Of a stretch of 64,000 nucleotides of DNA, positions 1 to 14,405 are shown piece by piece. Each line of letters starts with the position of its first letter. Within the stretch, counting starts at the first letter, position 1. The notes below the pieces were generated by a model. That model saw only the letters and a list, made by a program, of their open reading frames with translations, was not told the origin of the DNA and did not search any database. A program made the translations under genes and the position numbers. The stretch covers positions 123,697,741 through 123,761,740 of the forward strand of contig CM041465.1 of NCBI GenBank assembly GCA_023213395.1, read 5' to 3'. The stretch is from Cycas panzhihuaensis. Taxonomy: Eukaryota > Plantae > Cycadophyta.

Positions 1-1533
1 TCTTGTGGACTGTATTAATTTTATGAATCAATGGCATTTAGAAGCACCAGATGACCAATTTGTTGTAAATAAATAGGTTGCAACAATTTGTGCTAGGTAA
101 GGTACTTGAGCCAAATGAAAAGACAATTACTGCTCTTAAAAAGAAAACATATCCATTAGTAGAGATCTAATGGAAAACATTAAAAAAGCGAAGACACTTA
201 AGAAAGCATGGGAGGCTATCATGTCTATCTTTGAGATGAAAAATGATGCAAGGATCATAATTTTAAATAGTCAACTTTACACTCTTAAAATGACAAGTTC
301 ACTGGTTGGGCTTCTCTAAATGGTAAAAGAAATCATAAATTAATTGAAGAATACTAGGGAGACTATCAATGATAAGGACATCATTGTTACAATATTGAGG
401 AGTTTGTTGAAGAAGTTTCAAAGCTTTATGATGAGTTTTTTATTTTTTTTGTTAGACAAAATGGGAAATATATCTTTTATTATGTTAGAGGCATTTCTAT
501 TATAACGACTAAATATTAAAGGATAACATTGTTAGTGCATTTTCAACAAAGTGAAAAGGGAAGAAACCTTTAATTTTGAAGAAGGTGGTGACTAAAAAAC
601 AATAATAGTCTACTTAGAAGGGGCAAACAAAGTTGTGTTATTGCTACAACAAACTAAGCCATTTCAACAAAGATTATAAGAAGTAGTAGGTTGATTAGTA
701 GGAGAATGGAGATTAGTAGAATCAAAGGAAGAAATTACAGGTAGGGCACATTTCTAAATAGTCAATTGACTCAAGTAACAAGGAAGAAAAGCTCTTCATG
801 GCAACTTCACTAATAAATCCAAAAGGATACGATGTCCAATACATTGATTCAATAACTTAAAGGCACATGTAGTTTCCATATTCATGCATAAGCCTAAGAT
901 GAAATAATCAGTAAAAATAATTATCAAGTATCTCAATAGCACTATTAGATATGATCTTCACCACAGGTTATTATATGATCATAGGTTTATTGATTGCATA
1001 GGCTCAGATTAGACAGGATGTATATATAATAAAAAGTCTACTTTAAGATATACTTTTAGTTTGGGTATTGTGGTAGTTACATGGTGGTTAGAAAAACAAT
1101 CAATAATATTTCTTTCCACTGTAGAAACATAATAGAAGATAGCTGTAGTAAAAACCTATGAAATAATTTGGCTTCGAAGGTTACTTTAGGACTTATAAAA
1201 TAAACAAGTTGGTCCCATAGAACTATTTTGTGACAATCAAAGCACCACTCAAATGACTAGAAATTCAAGGTTTCATGGTAGGACTAAGTGTATTGAAACA
1301 CAACATCATTTCATTAGAGAGTTAGTACAACAAGGAGAACTAGAGTTAGTCTACTATAGCATAGAAGAACTACTATAACAATGAGAAACAAGTAGCAAAT
1401 ATATTCGTAAAGATATTAAACGAGGTAAAATTTAATAAATTCATAGACAAACATAGTGTTTCTCTAAATGGGCATTATAGAGGACAAATGTTGGGAAATT
1501 ACCCATCTGAGGATAATACCCAAACCTATTATA
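1..1533 (+). mobile_element. Copia-1: degenerate, internally deleted Ty1/Copia (gag, start of protease, RT C-terminus/RNase H, start of 3' LTR at ~1489)
   Basis: Gag-like KNDARIIILNSQLYTLKM (~240-295). Protease start YIDSIT*RHM (~839-869) joins directly to RT-end VSIFMHKPK (~870-898). RNase H motifs KKST..YTFSLG and LFCDNQSTTQMTRN...FHGRTKCIETQHHFIRE follow. A purine tract AGAGGACAAA precedes TGTTGG at 1489. Confidence 0.8.
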
Positions 1534-2066
1534 TGTTAAAATTTAAAATTTAACCTTAATACCATATTAAAATGTAGTCATTATGTGCAACAAAAGTATA
1601 TCAAATATATATAATTAATGAATCATATCATGAAGAATTTATATAATCATGTATGTATGTAAGATTAATATATCAAATAATAATATAAATCATAAAGTAT
1701 AAATATATCAAATATGCACCACAAGATAGACAACAAATTTATATGTAAAAAGCCTAATGTGAGAAAAAGTACTGAAGAAAGTTAGAGTTAAAAGCTCCTC
1801 TTTAAATATTAAATAGTTACATCTCCAAATGAGTCATTCCTCTCGATCGTTTTCAAATTCTCAAATGGTGTGTGTATATATTTATATGAATAATTTCCTC
1901 ATGAATTGCCGAAAATATCTTTTGAACCTCTTCATCATTCAATAAGATGTTTACTTGAATAATTGTGTATATCACATCTATTAATACTTTTTGTAAGTAA
2001 GATTTTGTGTAAGTCCACTATATCACATTAAACATTAAATATGTGAAATTATCACATATTATAACA
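1534..2066 (-). repeat. Uninterrupted reference LTR of the non-autonomous family
   Basis: TGTTAAAA...ATAACA termini. PPT complement immediately to the right. Embedded PBS complement CTTAATACCA at ~1555-1564. Confidence 0.85.
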
Positions 2067-2903
2067 CTCCCCCTTAATGTTTAATATTTTCAATCTTCAA
2101 TTTATATCCTCATTCTTGGTCTTCATCTCTTCTATTTTTCCTATATGTTAGTATTTGTAAACCCATTAACATATCATCTGTAACCTATAAATTTGTCAAT
2201 ATCATGCATGTTTCCTATAAGCAATTAATCTATAACCATCTATAATCATCTGTGATCATTAGTGACTAACTCTGAGCAACTATGACTAACTATGAATAAC
2301 CAACCTATAAAATACATGCATAATAATCATCAATTAATCAACAAATCAATCTCAATTTTACAACTCTCACTTGTCATATTTATATGAAGTTTTCTCAATA
2401 ACTTCATATTGTCACCTATAAAACTATTGTAAACATTAAAATTGTCAAATTATCATCTCAACAATCTTATGAATAAAAAATATTACTGATGTACATATAA
2501 AACAACCATCTACTGAAATATATAAATAACCAACGATCGTAATCATTAGTTCTATAGGATGTATTTCTTGTATGTGATTCATCAATAAATATAAACAACA
2601 CTTAATTATTAGACAAAATATTGTTACAAGAGTAGCATAAATATCTCTCACCTCTTGCATACAAAAATAATAATACCACAATATGTATTATACAAGAGGG
2701 GCCTCATTCATCTCACCACTTGTATACAAGTAAATAACTTGTGTGCTATCTTTATTAGCATTTCTACACACTTGTAATATTCTTTTGACAACTATTAATC
2801 TTATCAATATCAACAAATCAATAATCTAAACATATTAACTCTAGGAATAAGGCATACTACTTAGCCGTTATTAAATTATACAAGTATGTTACTTGTTTGG
2901 CTT

Positions 2904-3275
2904 TGTTAGGGATCCAACCCATAACTTACATTCTCTTACATTCTTTTATATCTTCTACTTCTTCTCTCTCTTATATCTTCTATTTCTTCTATTTTCTTAA
3001 TATCCCACATGCATAAGTAGAAGGTTATGTAGTTGTCGTTGAGTACTATATATATTCATATAATATCCCACATGCATAAGGAGGAGGTTGTGTAGTGAGC
3101 ATAAATCCATATATATATTTACGTAATCTTTAAAGTAGGGTATCTAAAATATCATTGTTATTGCATATAATTGGGAGGTTGCCCCCTTGAAGGGTATTGT
3201 AATACAAGTGCTCTTTTGAAGTTATTTGCATGTTATACTGGTGTGCAATTATTATTAAGGAGTGGTTTCCTACCA
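2904..3275 (+). repeat. Gypsy-1 5' LTR
   Basis: Direct repeat of 16194-16564, followed by the PBS. Confidence 0.92.
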
Positions 3276-4235
3276 AGTGGTATCATAGTGGTCGATTCAT
3301 ACCATGTGGAAGAGTTAAGAGTATTAAATAGTTAATTTTTTTTCCATCAATTTTTTCTCATCAATACCTATTCTCATTTAATTTCAGCTTAGTTACTTTA
3401 CTTTTTAGGGGTAGATAACACTGCAATTGGGCAACTACCCTAACACTACCACCGGGCAGTTTTCTTTTGCATTTAGATAGAGCCTATGCCTGGGGTCTAT
3501 AAATATCATAATGATCTATCATTTTAGGCTAAGCACTTTATGGCTTTTCTGTCCCTTGTGTGAAAGACTAGAGATCATACTCCTGATTAAGCCTTAGATA
3601 GAACTCACCTACGGAATTACACCTCTATGTACCTATAGGTATATAGGAAAACCCCCTAGATGGGCATTCCTAGTATAGGTAACCATAAGAAACCTATTGA
3701 CTGTCTACAATTTGTAGTGCACCAATAAGTCGTTAGCTTTAAGAAGTTACTCTCCACATACCCTAGAGACGGGGTAGTAAGACTACAAAGTAGAGTGTTT
3801 GCTTCTATAAGTTGATACTATTTACAACTAGGATCAGTATATCGAAGGGCCTACAAACCAGACAAACCTATACCTAGTGTTCATGGTCAATCTATTAGTG
3901 GTTTGTGCACACCTAGTCAGTCAGTGAGTCAATCATCATTAATTTTTTAAATCCAATGTGTCTAGCCAATTTATCATCAGTTCATGCATACATAGTCAAT
4001 TAGTCAATCAGTAACCAAAAGGTAAAAAAAACTAAAAAGTAAAAAGTAAAAAAGAGAAAAGCAAAAAGTGAAAAAAAGAAAAAACAAAAGTAAAAAGAAA
4101 AAAAAAAAAAGAAATAAATAAACAAATCTATATTACCTCATTGTAAAACATTGAGGATAATAGTCTATAGACACCCCGTCAAATCCTTTTCATTCACATT
4201 TACCAACTAGGATTCAACTTAGGTCTTGTGAATAA

Positions 4236-6838
4236 ATGACCTCTAAGATGAATCCAAGCTAGACTCAAGATCTCAATGATGTTATCACACAACTTCAAGG
4301 AGATATATTATAAATCCAAAATGACCTCAATGAAAAATTTAAAGCAGTAATGCTAGAGCTCACATCCATGAAACCTTTTAAGGAATAAAAGATTAACTTT
4401 GATGATACTACTCATATAGGTGGGAGTTACTTCGCTAGAGAAGATGAAGGTAATGATGGTAGGCGCTTCCGTCTGAACTTCCTTCCCAAGGTAGAAATCA
4501 AGAAGTTCAATAGCATAGATGTACATACCTGGATCACCTAAATAGAACAATACTTTTCTCTTCATCAAATTCTAGCAGATAAGAAGATCCCTCTTGCTTC
4601 TCTACATATGGAAATTGAATCCTACCAATGGAACCAATGGGTTATGAAAATAATTGGTGGGCTTAGTTATCAATGGGAGGGTTTTGTTAAGGATCTTATA
4701 GCTCAATATGATAGTACCTAGAATCATGACCAGTTTAACCAATTAGCTAAAGTCAAATAAGAGAGGATTGTTTTAACTTATACAAAAGAATACCAACATC
4801 TCTTCACAAGGGTTGATGGTCTTGGTTAGAATAAACTACTTGAGTTGTACATTAGTGGTATATGAGATCACATCAGACATGAGTTGCGACTCTTAAAACC
4901 TAATAATATCTCTATAACTATTAATTTTGTTTGACATATTGAAGCAAAAAATAAAGTATCATGACCCCTCCTATGAACATTCCCAGAAAAGTGATCACAA
5001 GTTCAGGTTCTTGGTGTGTGGCAAATGACTTCCTAAGAGATGGATGAAAAACAATTGAAAGGGTTATGTTTTCATTGTAACTAAAAGTGGAATAAAGACC
5101 ATAAATATCTTGAATGACGTTTATTCATAATTGAGGATGTCCAAGATGATGAACTAATAGAGGAAGCCTCATCAGAGCCAAAAAATAATGATTGTGACCC
5201 ACCTGAGAATGAAGAAGAAGATACTGCTACTATGTATGTATATGTCCTAGCTGAAATCACAACCCCTCAGACACTCAAACTTATTAGGTACATTAAGAAA
5301 AGGAAGGTGGTTGTCCTCATAGATTCTGGGAGCACCCACAATTTCATTAATAAAAAACTTGCTGAAGAACTCAAATGTTTTCCATATCCTGTCAAAAAAT
5401 TCTAGGTTATGGTCACTAATAGAGGGACACTCGCTTGTGGGGGAAAATATCATAACATCAAGTTTTAAATAGGTGACTATCACCTCTCCACATCTATGTA
5501 TGCCATTATGGTTGGAGGAGTTGATGTTGTATTAAGTGTACAATGGCTCAAACCACTAGGGACCACTCAACTAAATATGCAAGAGCTCTTCATCTGATTT
5601 ACTTTTGAAGGAATTGGCTATCAATTGAATGGGATCATTCCTCCTCCAACCTAAATAATTAGCTCACACTATATGGAGAGTCTTATTAAAATGGATGGTA
5701 TAGGAATCATTGCCAAATATTATGGTCTGGAAGGTCAAGAACTTCCAACAAAAGGGGACATTCTCCAAGATGATGGTATACCAAATGACTTAAAATCGGT
5801 ACTTCACTGCCACAACTAAGTCTTTTAAGATATTTCTTAAGGTCTTCCCCCTAGTACGTGACCAAGATCATAGCATTGACCTAATAGCTAAAAGTAATCC
5901 TCCTTATATTCAACCATACCAATATCCCTACCAGCAAAAGAATGAAATTAAATAACTAGTTCAAGAATTCATTAATGTTGATACTATTAAGAAAAATAAA
6001 AATATTTTTTCTACTTCGGTGATTTTAGTAAGAAAAATTGATGGCTCATTTCACATGTGTAGACTACCATGAGCTCAATAAGATAACCATCAAGGATAAA
6101 TTTTCTATACTAGTCACCAATGAAGTCTTAGATGAACTCCATGGAGTAGCATTCTTCATATCATTGGAATTACAGTCAGGATACTATCAAATTAGGATCA
6201 CTGCAGAAGATGTCCATAAAACTGTATTTCTTACACATAAAGGACATTATAAATTTTTAATCATGCCATTTGGCTTGATTAATGCCCCATCTACCTTTTA
6301 AGGACTCATGAACAAATTCTTTCAGTCTTACTTAAGGAAGTTCATGTTAGTCTTTTTTGATGACATTCTAATCTTCAGTCGTACATGGGAAGACCATCTT
6401 CAGCATGTTGATAAGGTATTACAAGTGCTTGCAAATAACTAGCTTTATGCTAAAAAATTAAAATATCAATTTAGGTAAATACAAATAGAATATTTTGGCC
6501 ATATTATCTCTCAAGAAGGAGTTAAAGTGAATCTTAAGAAAATTACAGTTATCACGAACTAGCCTAAACCCAAAAACATTAAGGGCCTTTGTGGATTCTT
6601 AGGAACACATGGTATTATCAAAAGTTTATTTAGGGCTATGCAAGGATTACTTCCCCTTTAATCAACTTGTTAAAAAATGATTTCTTTCATTAGAATGATA
6701 AGGCCTATGAAGCATTTAAACACCTAAAGGTGGCTTTAACTAGCACACCAATCCTTGTAATACCAAACTTTACAAAGTCCTTCACCATTGAATGTGATGC
6801 ATCAGGACAAAGCATTGGAGCAGTCTTAATGTAAGAAG
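4236..6838 (+). pseudogene. Gypsy-1 gag-PR-RT-RNase H (5' part), many stops and frameshifts
   Basis: ORF 6038-6301 (LDELHG..SGYYQIR..FLIMPFGLINAPSTF). Protease motif at ~5310-5350. The reading frame MQE|GKPLAFES is split by the Copia-2 insertion. Confidence 0.88.
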
Positions 6839-9800
6839 TGAAAGAGGTTAATATATCAAGGTCATTTGTATAGATTAATTATATGGCCTTCTGATATATT
6901 ATTAGCATTAGTCTCTTAATAAAATGTGCTTTATGTACATTTAGATGTAATTTTGGGTTCATGTCATTAGATGAGAAAATCCTAACCCTAATCCTCACTC
7001 TTAATAATAAAAGGTAAAATCTCAAGGAGGGAGTCATTATTCATTCTCACCTCCAAGCTTGCTCTCATATCTTGTTTCATCTCTTTTTCATTTTCCATTA
7101 TCATTGTATGCATGTGAGTGATTTATTCCATAGATCTATCATTATTTTATGTGGTATTAGAGCTAGAAGGAGATCTATTCACTCCATTCCACTTGCATGG
7201 AACCATTTTGCCTCTCCTTCACCTTCAATGTGAAGTATTGATAATGCACTCATCATTTTTAACATTTTGAGAGCTTAAAATTATAGTACTTTATATGTTA
7301 CTACTTTTTCTATGTGTAAAAATTTTTAAAGATGGAAAATATAGGTTTTTGAAGCTATTTGGTTGCCAAAACATTTCTAGAAGCATTAAAGGCCTACAAT
7401 TTTATGAAATTTTTTATCATCTCATATTTTGATGAAATTTGGCATGCAGAATCACCTTGACTAGATGATCATTTTTGTCTTCTGGAGTAGCTCCAGATTC
7501 AACCTACAATAACGAGTTTTAGCTGGGACAAAATGTTAAAATTTGTAGATAAGTGACTTAAGGCACTTTTCCCAATGAAATCCTTTAATTATAAGCTAAA
7601 AATATGAATATTTTTTTAAAGGATCTGGTAGATTTATGTCTTAGAATTAGTTTAAGATAAATCTCATCAAATTTTATCCACTGATTAGTGAGATTTATGC
7701 AGTTTTCTCACGAATGTTGAATTTGCCTACTCAACCCCACAAATGACATTACGAAGGCATTTCAAATAATTTTTTCACTAATTTTAGGGATGGTACAGAA
7801 GGAAAAGTTGATGTACGTGTTAAGATGTAACTTTTGACATATTGAAGTTCAGATTCTAAGACAGTGGATCTGGCAGGATTATGCTTTTGTACTTTTTCTG
7901 GGCAAAACTTTTTTATGCCTTTTCATAAATATGACTTTACTGCTTTATTAGAAATGATATTCTGAATACTTTTTTCTTCTGCCATAAATTTAAATTCTAT
8001 CATTTAAACCTTCATATTTGTAATTTTTAAAAATTATGTTCATTTATCATTATTTATAAATTTTATGAAAAAATCATAAAATAGGGAAAATTAGTATTTT
8101 AGTGACAAGTTGATTCACTTTTTATCCCATTGTGGTTTTTATATTAAAATTTCTAAAAACATATTTGGAAACATTATACTAAAGTAAAGGAAACCTTGGA
8201 TCAGAAGCAACATTCAGTTCCCCTACTAAATCTAGTATGCTTTTTCTATTTGCATACATAGCATAAATTATCAAAAAAATAGTAGTAATAATAAAGTAAG
8301 AACAAAAGGTAAGTAAGTACATTTCACAACTTTCTATTTCAATTTTCAGTTATTCAGAAATAACTTACATTATTCCTAAAAGGAATCTCACCCATACACT
8401 TTATACCACCAGTTTTTGACTTGTGTGCACATTCGCCTTGATTGAAATAGACCATAGTTAGCCGATGTCCAGGCCCTAAGGGAGGTGTAAGTTTCATACA
8501 GGGTCTAATCTTAATCGGAATAGTGGTGGAGGGATAGGTTAGCCATACCTACGGCCTCCAACCAGGGATAATCCTGATAACCACTTGGAAAAACTGAAAA
8601 CATTAATGCAAGATTAAAATTAACCTGGTCTAATATCTGTCATAGTTGTAAGATACGTACATACCATTTAACTCTTCAGAAGAGGTATGTAGCTGCTGAT
8701 TAGTAAACTGGGTGAGGACTATGAGTACTTGGACCCTACTGTGACTTGGATTTCATCACCAAACGTAGGTGTGAATGACGCAGGTGAAGGCCATAATCGT
8801 ATACTAGAAGCCTTAGGCATCGAAATCTCACCTATATTTGGACATAAGTAAGAGGTTAGTGGCATGACACATCACAACTCTTTGCTGACTCTACATTAGG
8901 CCTCATTCTTACGTCATTGCTTATGCTCATTTTTTATAGTTGTTAAAAAATACTTAATCATTGCTTGCTTCTCATCATAGCATTTATTTATGTATCCCTG
9001 TTGCACTAAGTATATTAGTCACACGTGTCAGTGGCATATACTTCTATCATATCTTCTACTTCATCATCATAATGTCATCTCAATTCAAGCAGAATGTCAA
9101 CTGCATATTGAAACGCAAAGAAAATTGAGATTTATGATACACTCAAGTTAAAAATGTTGCAAAGTATGAAGGCCTTTGGAAAGCCCACTTGTAGCATACA
9201 CCCATCATACCTGCAACAACTACAACACCTACTTTTAGTGGATCTGCCCCAACAACTCCTACAGATACTACAGCCAAACTATAATAGGGGATAGATGATG
9301 AAAAGATTCGTGTAGGAATTATGTTGGTTATTGATCACTCCTTACACAACTTGATTAATGAAGAGAAACATGATACAATCTAGAAGGTCCTTGAAGTTCT
9401 CAAGAAGAACTTTGATACTAAGTCAGATTTAGAATTTGTTCATCTTGTTTTGAAAATGAATAAATTAAAAATGTAGAAAAGATGAGCTCATGAGATAATA
9501 AATCTCCTTCGACCAATAAAACAGGCAATTAATAAAGGCTTTAAGACCCAATGTATCATTTAGGCATTCTTGATCCAATCATGTCTACATGTCCCTGATT
9601 ATAAAAACTTACTTGAAAGTCTTTCATCTAGTGGAATATTGAATATACTCAACTTCGAAGTACTTGCCAAGAAGTTCATAGAATTTAACAAGACCTTTGA
9701 TACCAACTTTGTAGTCTCTGATTCTCTTCCAGATACAATTTTTGAAGTGGAAAAAGAAGCTTGCTACACAAAAAATCAAAGTCCCTCTCGTGACAGAGGA

Positions 9801-12800
9801 AATAATCGAGTAAGAGAAAGAGGAAGAAATATAAGAAATCGTCCATAAAGTTAACCAAACCTTCAGTCACAGCCTCGATAGTCTCAAGGCCAAGGGCCAC
9901 CTCAACAAAGAGCAAGACAATCAAGCCAAACCAATACCTCTTCAGGGATTAGTAATCAAACTATTATGTATGATATGTTAACCATAAAGAACACTTAGCA
10001 AAAGACTGTAGAACTGCCACCTATAAGTTGGCCAAGTTCCAATCAAAACATGGAGCTCACAATGTTGAAGAAACTTGAATCCTTTAGTGATGTAGGTTTT
10101 GTACAAGCACACTTTTAAAGAATTGAGGGATCTTCAGCATCATATGCCATTGACCAACCAAAGAGAAACTTTGAAGCTTGATGTAGATATATCACTTGTG
10201 AATTCCCTTCACCAATACCAAGCCATATTGGAATTATAAATAGTGTGGCTTCAATTGATGGACAGTGGATCATGGAAACAGAAGTGACTCAACATATAAC
10301 ATACAATCGTAGTCTATATCAAACATTTGACTCAAATGTTCAAGGAGTTGTTCACATAGTTGATAAATCACAACAACCTATTGAAGGAATTGGTAACATT
10401 TGCTTGAAACTCCCAGGCTTAAAAGATTTTACATTGCCTGATGTCTTATACATATCCAATCTCAAATAAAACCTACTCTCTTTATTCACACTTGTCTCTC
10501 ATGGATTTAATCTAAGTGTAACCGCAAATAATCAGACTCTCTAGGTCATTCACCCTCCAACTAATCAAGTGATCTTAATTGAACATCTCTCTACCAAACT
10601 CTTTTTACTTAATAGCTCTCAATCTTCTAAAGTCCATTGTGCCCAAAGCCCTTATACCAATGAAGAATTTGCATTTAATTCTATCTTGACCTATCCAACG
10701 TTGTCACTAGAAGCTCTTTGGCATACTCGCATGGGCCATGTTCACATTGATAAATTTAGAGATCTTTCTAATACTCTTCCAAATCTTCCAAAGTTCTCCT
10801 CTAAGCCCTTTAAATGTGAAGCTTGTATCATTGCCAAATCGTATCGATGAGCATTTCCTAAAAGTTAATGGAAATTGAGTCATCCATTATAATTGGTACA
10901 ATCTGATCTATGTGGACCAATGCCCATTCCTTCACTGAAGAGCAAGTTATATTACATCTCTTTTATTGATGATTTCACTAGAAAAGTGTGGGTAGCTTTT
11001 CTACATAAGAAAGATGAAGTCTTTCGTATATTCAAAGAATTCAAAGCTCGCACTGAAAAAGAGTTAAGTTATCAACTTAAATATCTTCAAACTGATAATA
11101 GTGGTGAATATACCTCACACAAGTTTAAAAGCTACCTTTGAGACAATGACATCAAGCATCAAACAACGGTAGTAGGTACCCCACAGCAAAATGGAGTTGT
11201 CGAGCGCATGAATAGGACAATCATGAACATGACTCAAACTATGTTAGTATATAAAAATGTACCTACATACCTATGGGCCAAAGTAATCTGGACAATTGTT
11301 TATTGTATCAATATTGTTAGCCCATCAAAGGAAGGACAATCACTTAATGAAAAGTTATTAGGACAAACTCTCATTGTTCACTACTTCAAAATTTTTGGCT
11401 TTACATGTTATGCCCACATTCTCGATGCATATCGAAATAACCTCTAGCCAAGGGCACTTAAAGGTATCTTTGTTAGATATTCTATGGATAAGAAAAGGTA
11501 TAAGGTCTTTATACCTTCACAACGAAAAATCATTGTTACGAGAGATGTCATTTTTACAAAGATAGAGGATTAGTTACTTAGACTAGACTCTAAAATACCC
11601 TCATGTTGCTATAATAATATTATCAAGTATAATGTTCAGCTTTCAAAATTTGGGGGGGGAAATAGATATAAATTATTCTAAATATTGAAAACTAATAATA
11701 GAGCCTCGGAGGATACAAGTTGTGACTATGAACTAATAAGTGCACATCCAGTACCATTTTTTAAAGATAGCAAAGTTAATAAAAGCAAAGCCATAATAGA
11801 AGAATCATCCTCTCCACCTCCAGTTGATAAAGGCAAAATAGTGGTAGAAGGACCATCTTCCTTAGGTACATCAACATCCTCTTCATAATGTAATCATTTT
11901 AATGAATAATATGAGAACCAAGAAGTTGAGGAAATGAGGACCTCATTTCTAACTCAAGGATCTCGAGAAACCCGCCAACTCAATAAGGACATACGACCAG
12001 ATAAGGTGGGCAAAACTTACACTCGAAGTTTCCATAGAGCAAAGATGTAGGAATCATTATATACTGAGCTTAAATCGGTAGAACTGCATCTTACTTTTAA
12101 TGAAAAGCCCCTCTCATACTAGGAAGCTGTAAAGCATACAACTTTAAAAAATACCATGAACGAAGAGGACCAATCTCTTATCAAGAATGGTACATGAGAG
12201 CTCGTTAATCTACCACTTAGTAAAAAAGTAGTTTAAAATAAATGGATGTTCAAAACAAATATAGATTAGACAGCACCCTTGAAAAACACAAAGTGAGGTT
12301 AGTAACTAAAGGATTTACACAAAGAAAATGTATCAACTACACTGAAGTCTTTGCACCTACAACCAAATGGTATATAATTAGAACTCTTATGGTCTTGATT
12401 ACTCATCAAGGTTGAAAAATCTACCAACTCGATATTAAGACCATGTTTCTCAATGGAGATCTTGAAAAAGAAATTTACATAGCTTAACTAGAAGGATATG
12501 ATATTGAAGGTTAAGGGCATAAGGTTTACAGGCTCAAAAAGTCCTTGTATGGCCTTAAACAAGCCCCTGTGCTTAATTTACTAAGTTGTTTGAAAGAATA
12601 AGATAACTTAGATGTAAGGTTTGTGACTATTAAGATATTGATACAACATTATTCATCAAGTGCCATAAGGATAAAATCACTTATCTTATAATCTTTGTGG
12701 ATGATGTGCTAGTAACAGGTAATAGTGAACAGGCAATAAGCTAGCTGAAAAAGGATCTTGGCTAAATGTTCGAATTGTCTGACCTCGATTTCATAAAATA

Positions 12801-14400
12801 TTACTTGGAAATTAAAGTAACATAAAAGAATAAAAAAAAAAAGTTCCCAAGAAAAATACATCAATGATTTTTTAACCAAATTTCAGTTAGAAGATACCCG
12901 ACTAGTGGTTTTACCTATGTACCCTAATACCAAACTCTCAACTGATGGTAACACTAGGGAGGTAGACACAACACTCTACAAGAAATTTATAGGTAGTCTC
13001 ATCTATATTACCAATACAAGGCTAGATATTGCACTCTGTCGATATTATTGCTCGTTACATGATAAATTTTAACCAAAATCATTGGCAGGCAGCAGTGCGA
13101 GTGTTGAGATACCTTAAGATGACTAGCAAATATGGTTTATTGTATGAGCCTAATTTAGATTTCAAGCTTTCTATATACATAAACTCAGACTTTGTAGGAG
13201 ATAAAGATACAGAAAGATCTATGTCTAGGTATGTAATGTTTCTTAGAATATAACCAAAATCATGGAGATCTAGATGGTAGAAGATAGTTGCATATTCAAC
13301 TGTCGAAGCTAAATGCATTGTTGCTTCTTAGACTAGTAAGGAGGTGATACAACTTAGAAAATTATTGAAAACATTGAATATCACCTAAACAAGTCCTACT
13401 AGCCTTCATGTGGATAATCAATCAGTAATCTGCATGGCAAAAAATCATGTATTTCATGATCGTACCAAACACATAAGTACGAAAGTCCACAGAATTAGAG
13501 AACTTGTTTATGACGGCATAATTCAATTAGAATATTGCCCCACAGTAGATCGAGTGGTGATATCTTCACCAAACCATTGCAAAAGATGAAGTTTGAACAG
13601 TTTTGAAGGCAAGTCAGCCTTAAGGCCTCCATCTTCGATTAATCAAAGAAGATAGCAACAGGATCATCATACACTATTCTCTTTGTGAAAACCTCTTATA
13701 GGCGTGATAGAATAAGAGTAAGTCTCTACTCTATCCTATTTGTGAAAACCCTATGTGGACATAGAAGGATAATGGTTATACTAGTTTTGAAAAATTAGAA
13801 CCTATAAAAACCCAAAAGGACATAAGGGATGACGAAATGGTATATAGAAACTTAACAGATTAAACTGCACATTTAAGTTGCTTAGCTATTAGGCTACGTC
13901 AAAGAGCCATCTTAGCCATTTTGATTTATAAAAGAGGCTATAAATCTTAGAAAGTTTATTAGTTTTTATTCCTTATGAGAGTTTTTCCATAAGAGTGTCA
14001 TTTAAAATTTTAATGTAATAATGAGGCTCAAATGAAGACCTTGTGGAATATATTTTTTCAAAATGACCTTCCACCATTAAAGTGGGGATTGAAAGAGGTT
14101 AATGTATTAAGGTCATTTGTATAAATTAATTATATGATCTTGGAATATATTATTAGTATTAGTCTCTTAATAAAATATGCTTTATGTGCATTTAGATGTA
14201 ATTTCAGGTTCATGTCATTAAGCAAGAAAATCTTAACACTAATGCTCACCCTCAATAATAAAAGATGAAATCTCAAGGAAGAAGTCATTATTCATTCTCA
14301 CCTTCAAGCTTTCTCTCATATCTTGTTTCATCTCTTTTTCATTCTCCATTGCCATTATGTACATGTGAGTGATTTATTCCTTAGATTCATCCTTCCTTTA
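6839..14400 (+). mobile_element. Copia-2: full-length degenerate Ty1/Copia nested in the Gypsy-1 RNase H
   Basis: 311-bp LTRs at 6839-7149 and 14090-14400. PBS TGGTATTAGAGC at 7152-7163. PPT AAAGTGGGGA at ~14079. TSD AGAAG/TGAAG (6834-6838, 14401-14405). Copia domain order PR-INT-RT-RH. Confidence 0.93.
9072..13640 (+). pseudogene. Copia-2 gag-pol pseudogene
   Basis: GAG-pre-integrase LWHTRMGH...CEAC, integrase VQSDLCGP/FIDDFTR/TDNSGEYTS, RT IFVDDVLVTG, RNase H VDNQS...FHDRTKHI. Frequent premature stops. Confidence 0.9.
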
Positions 14401-14405
14401 TGAAG

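Noticed and set aside
8420-8910. Hammerhead ribozyme
   Set aside because: I could not find a CTGATGA...GAAA core with supporting stems.
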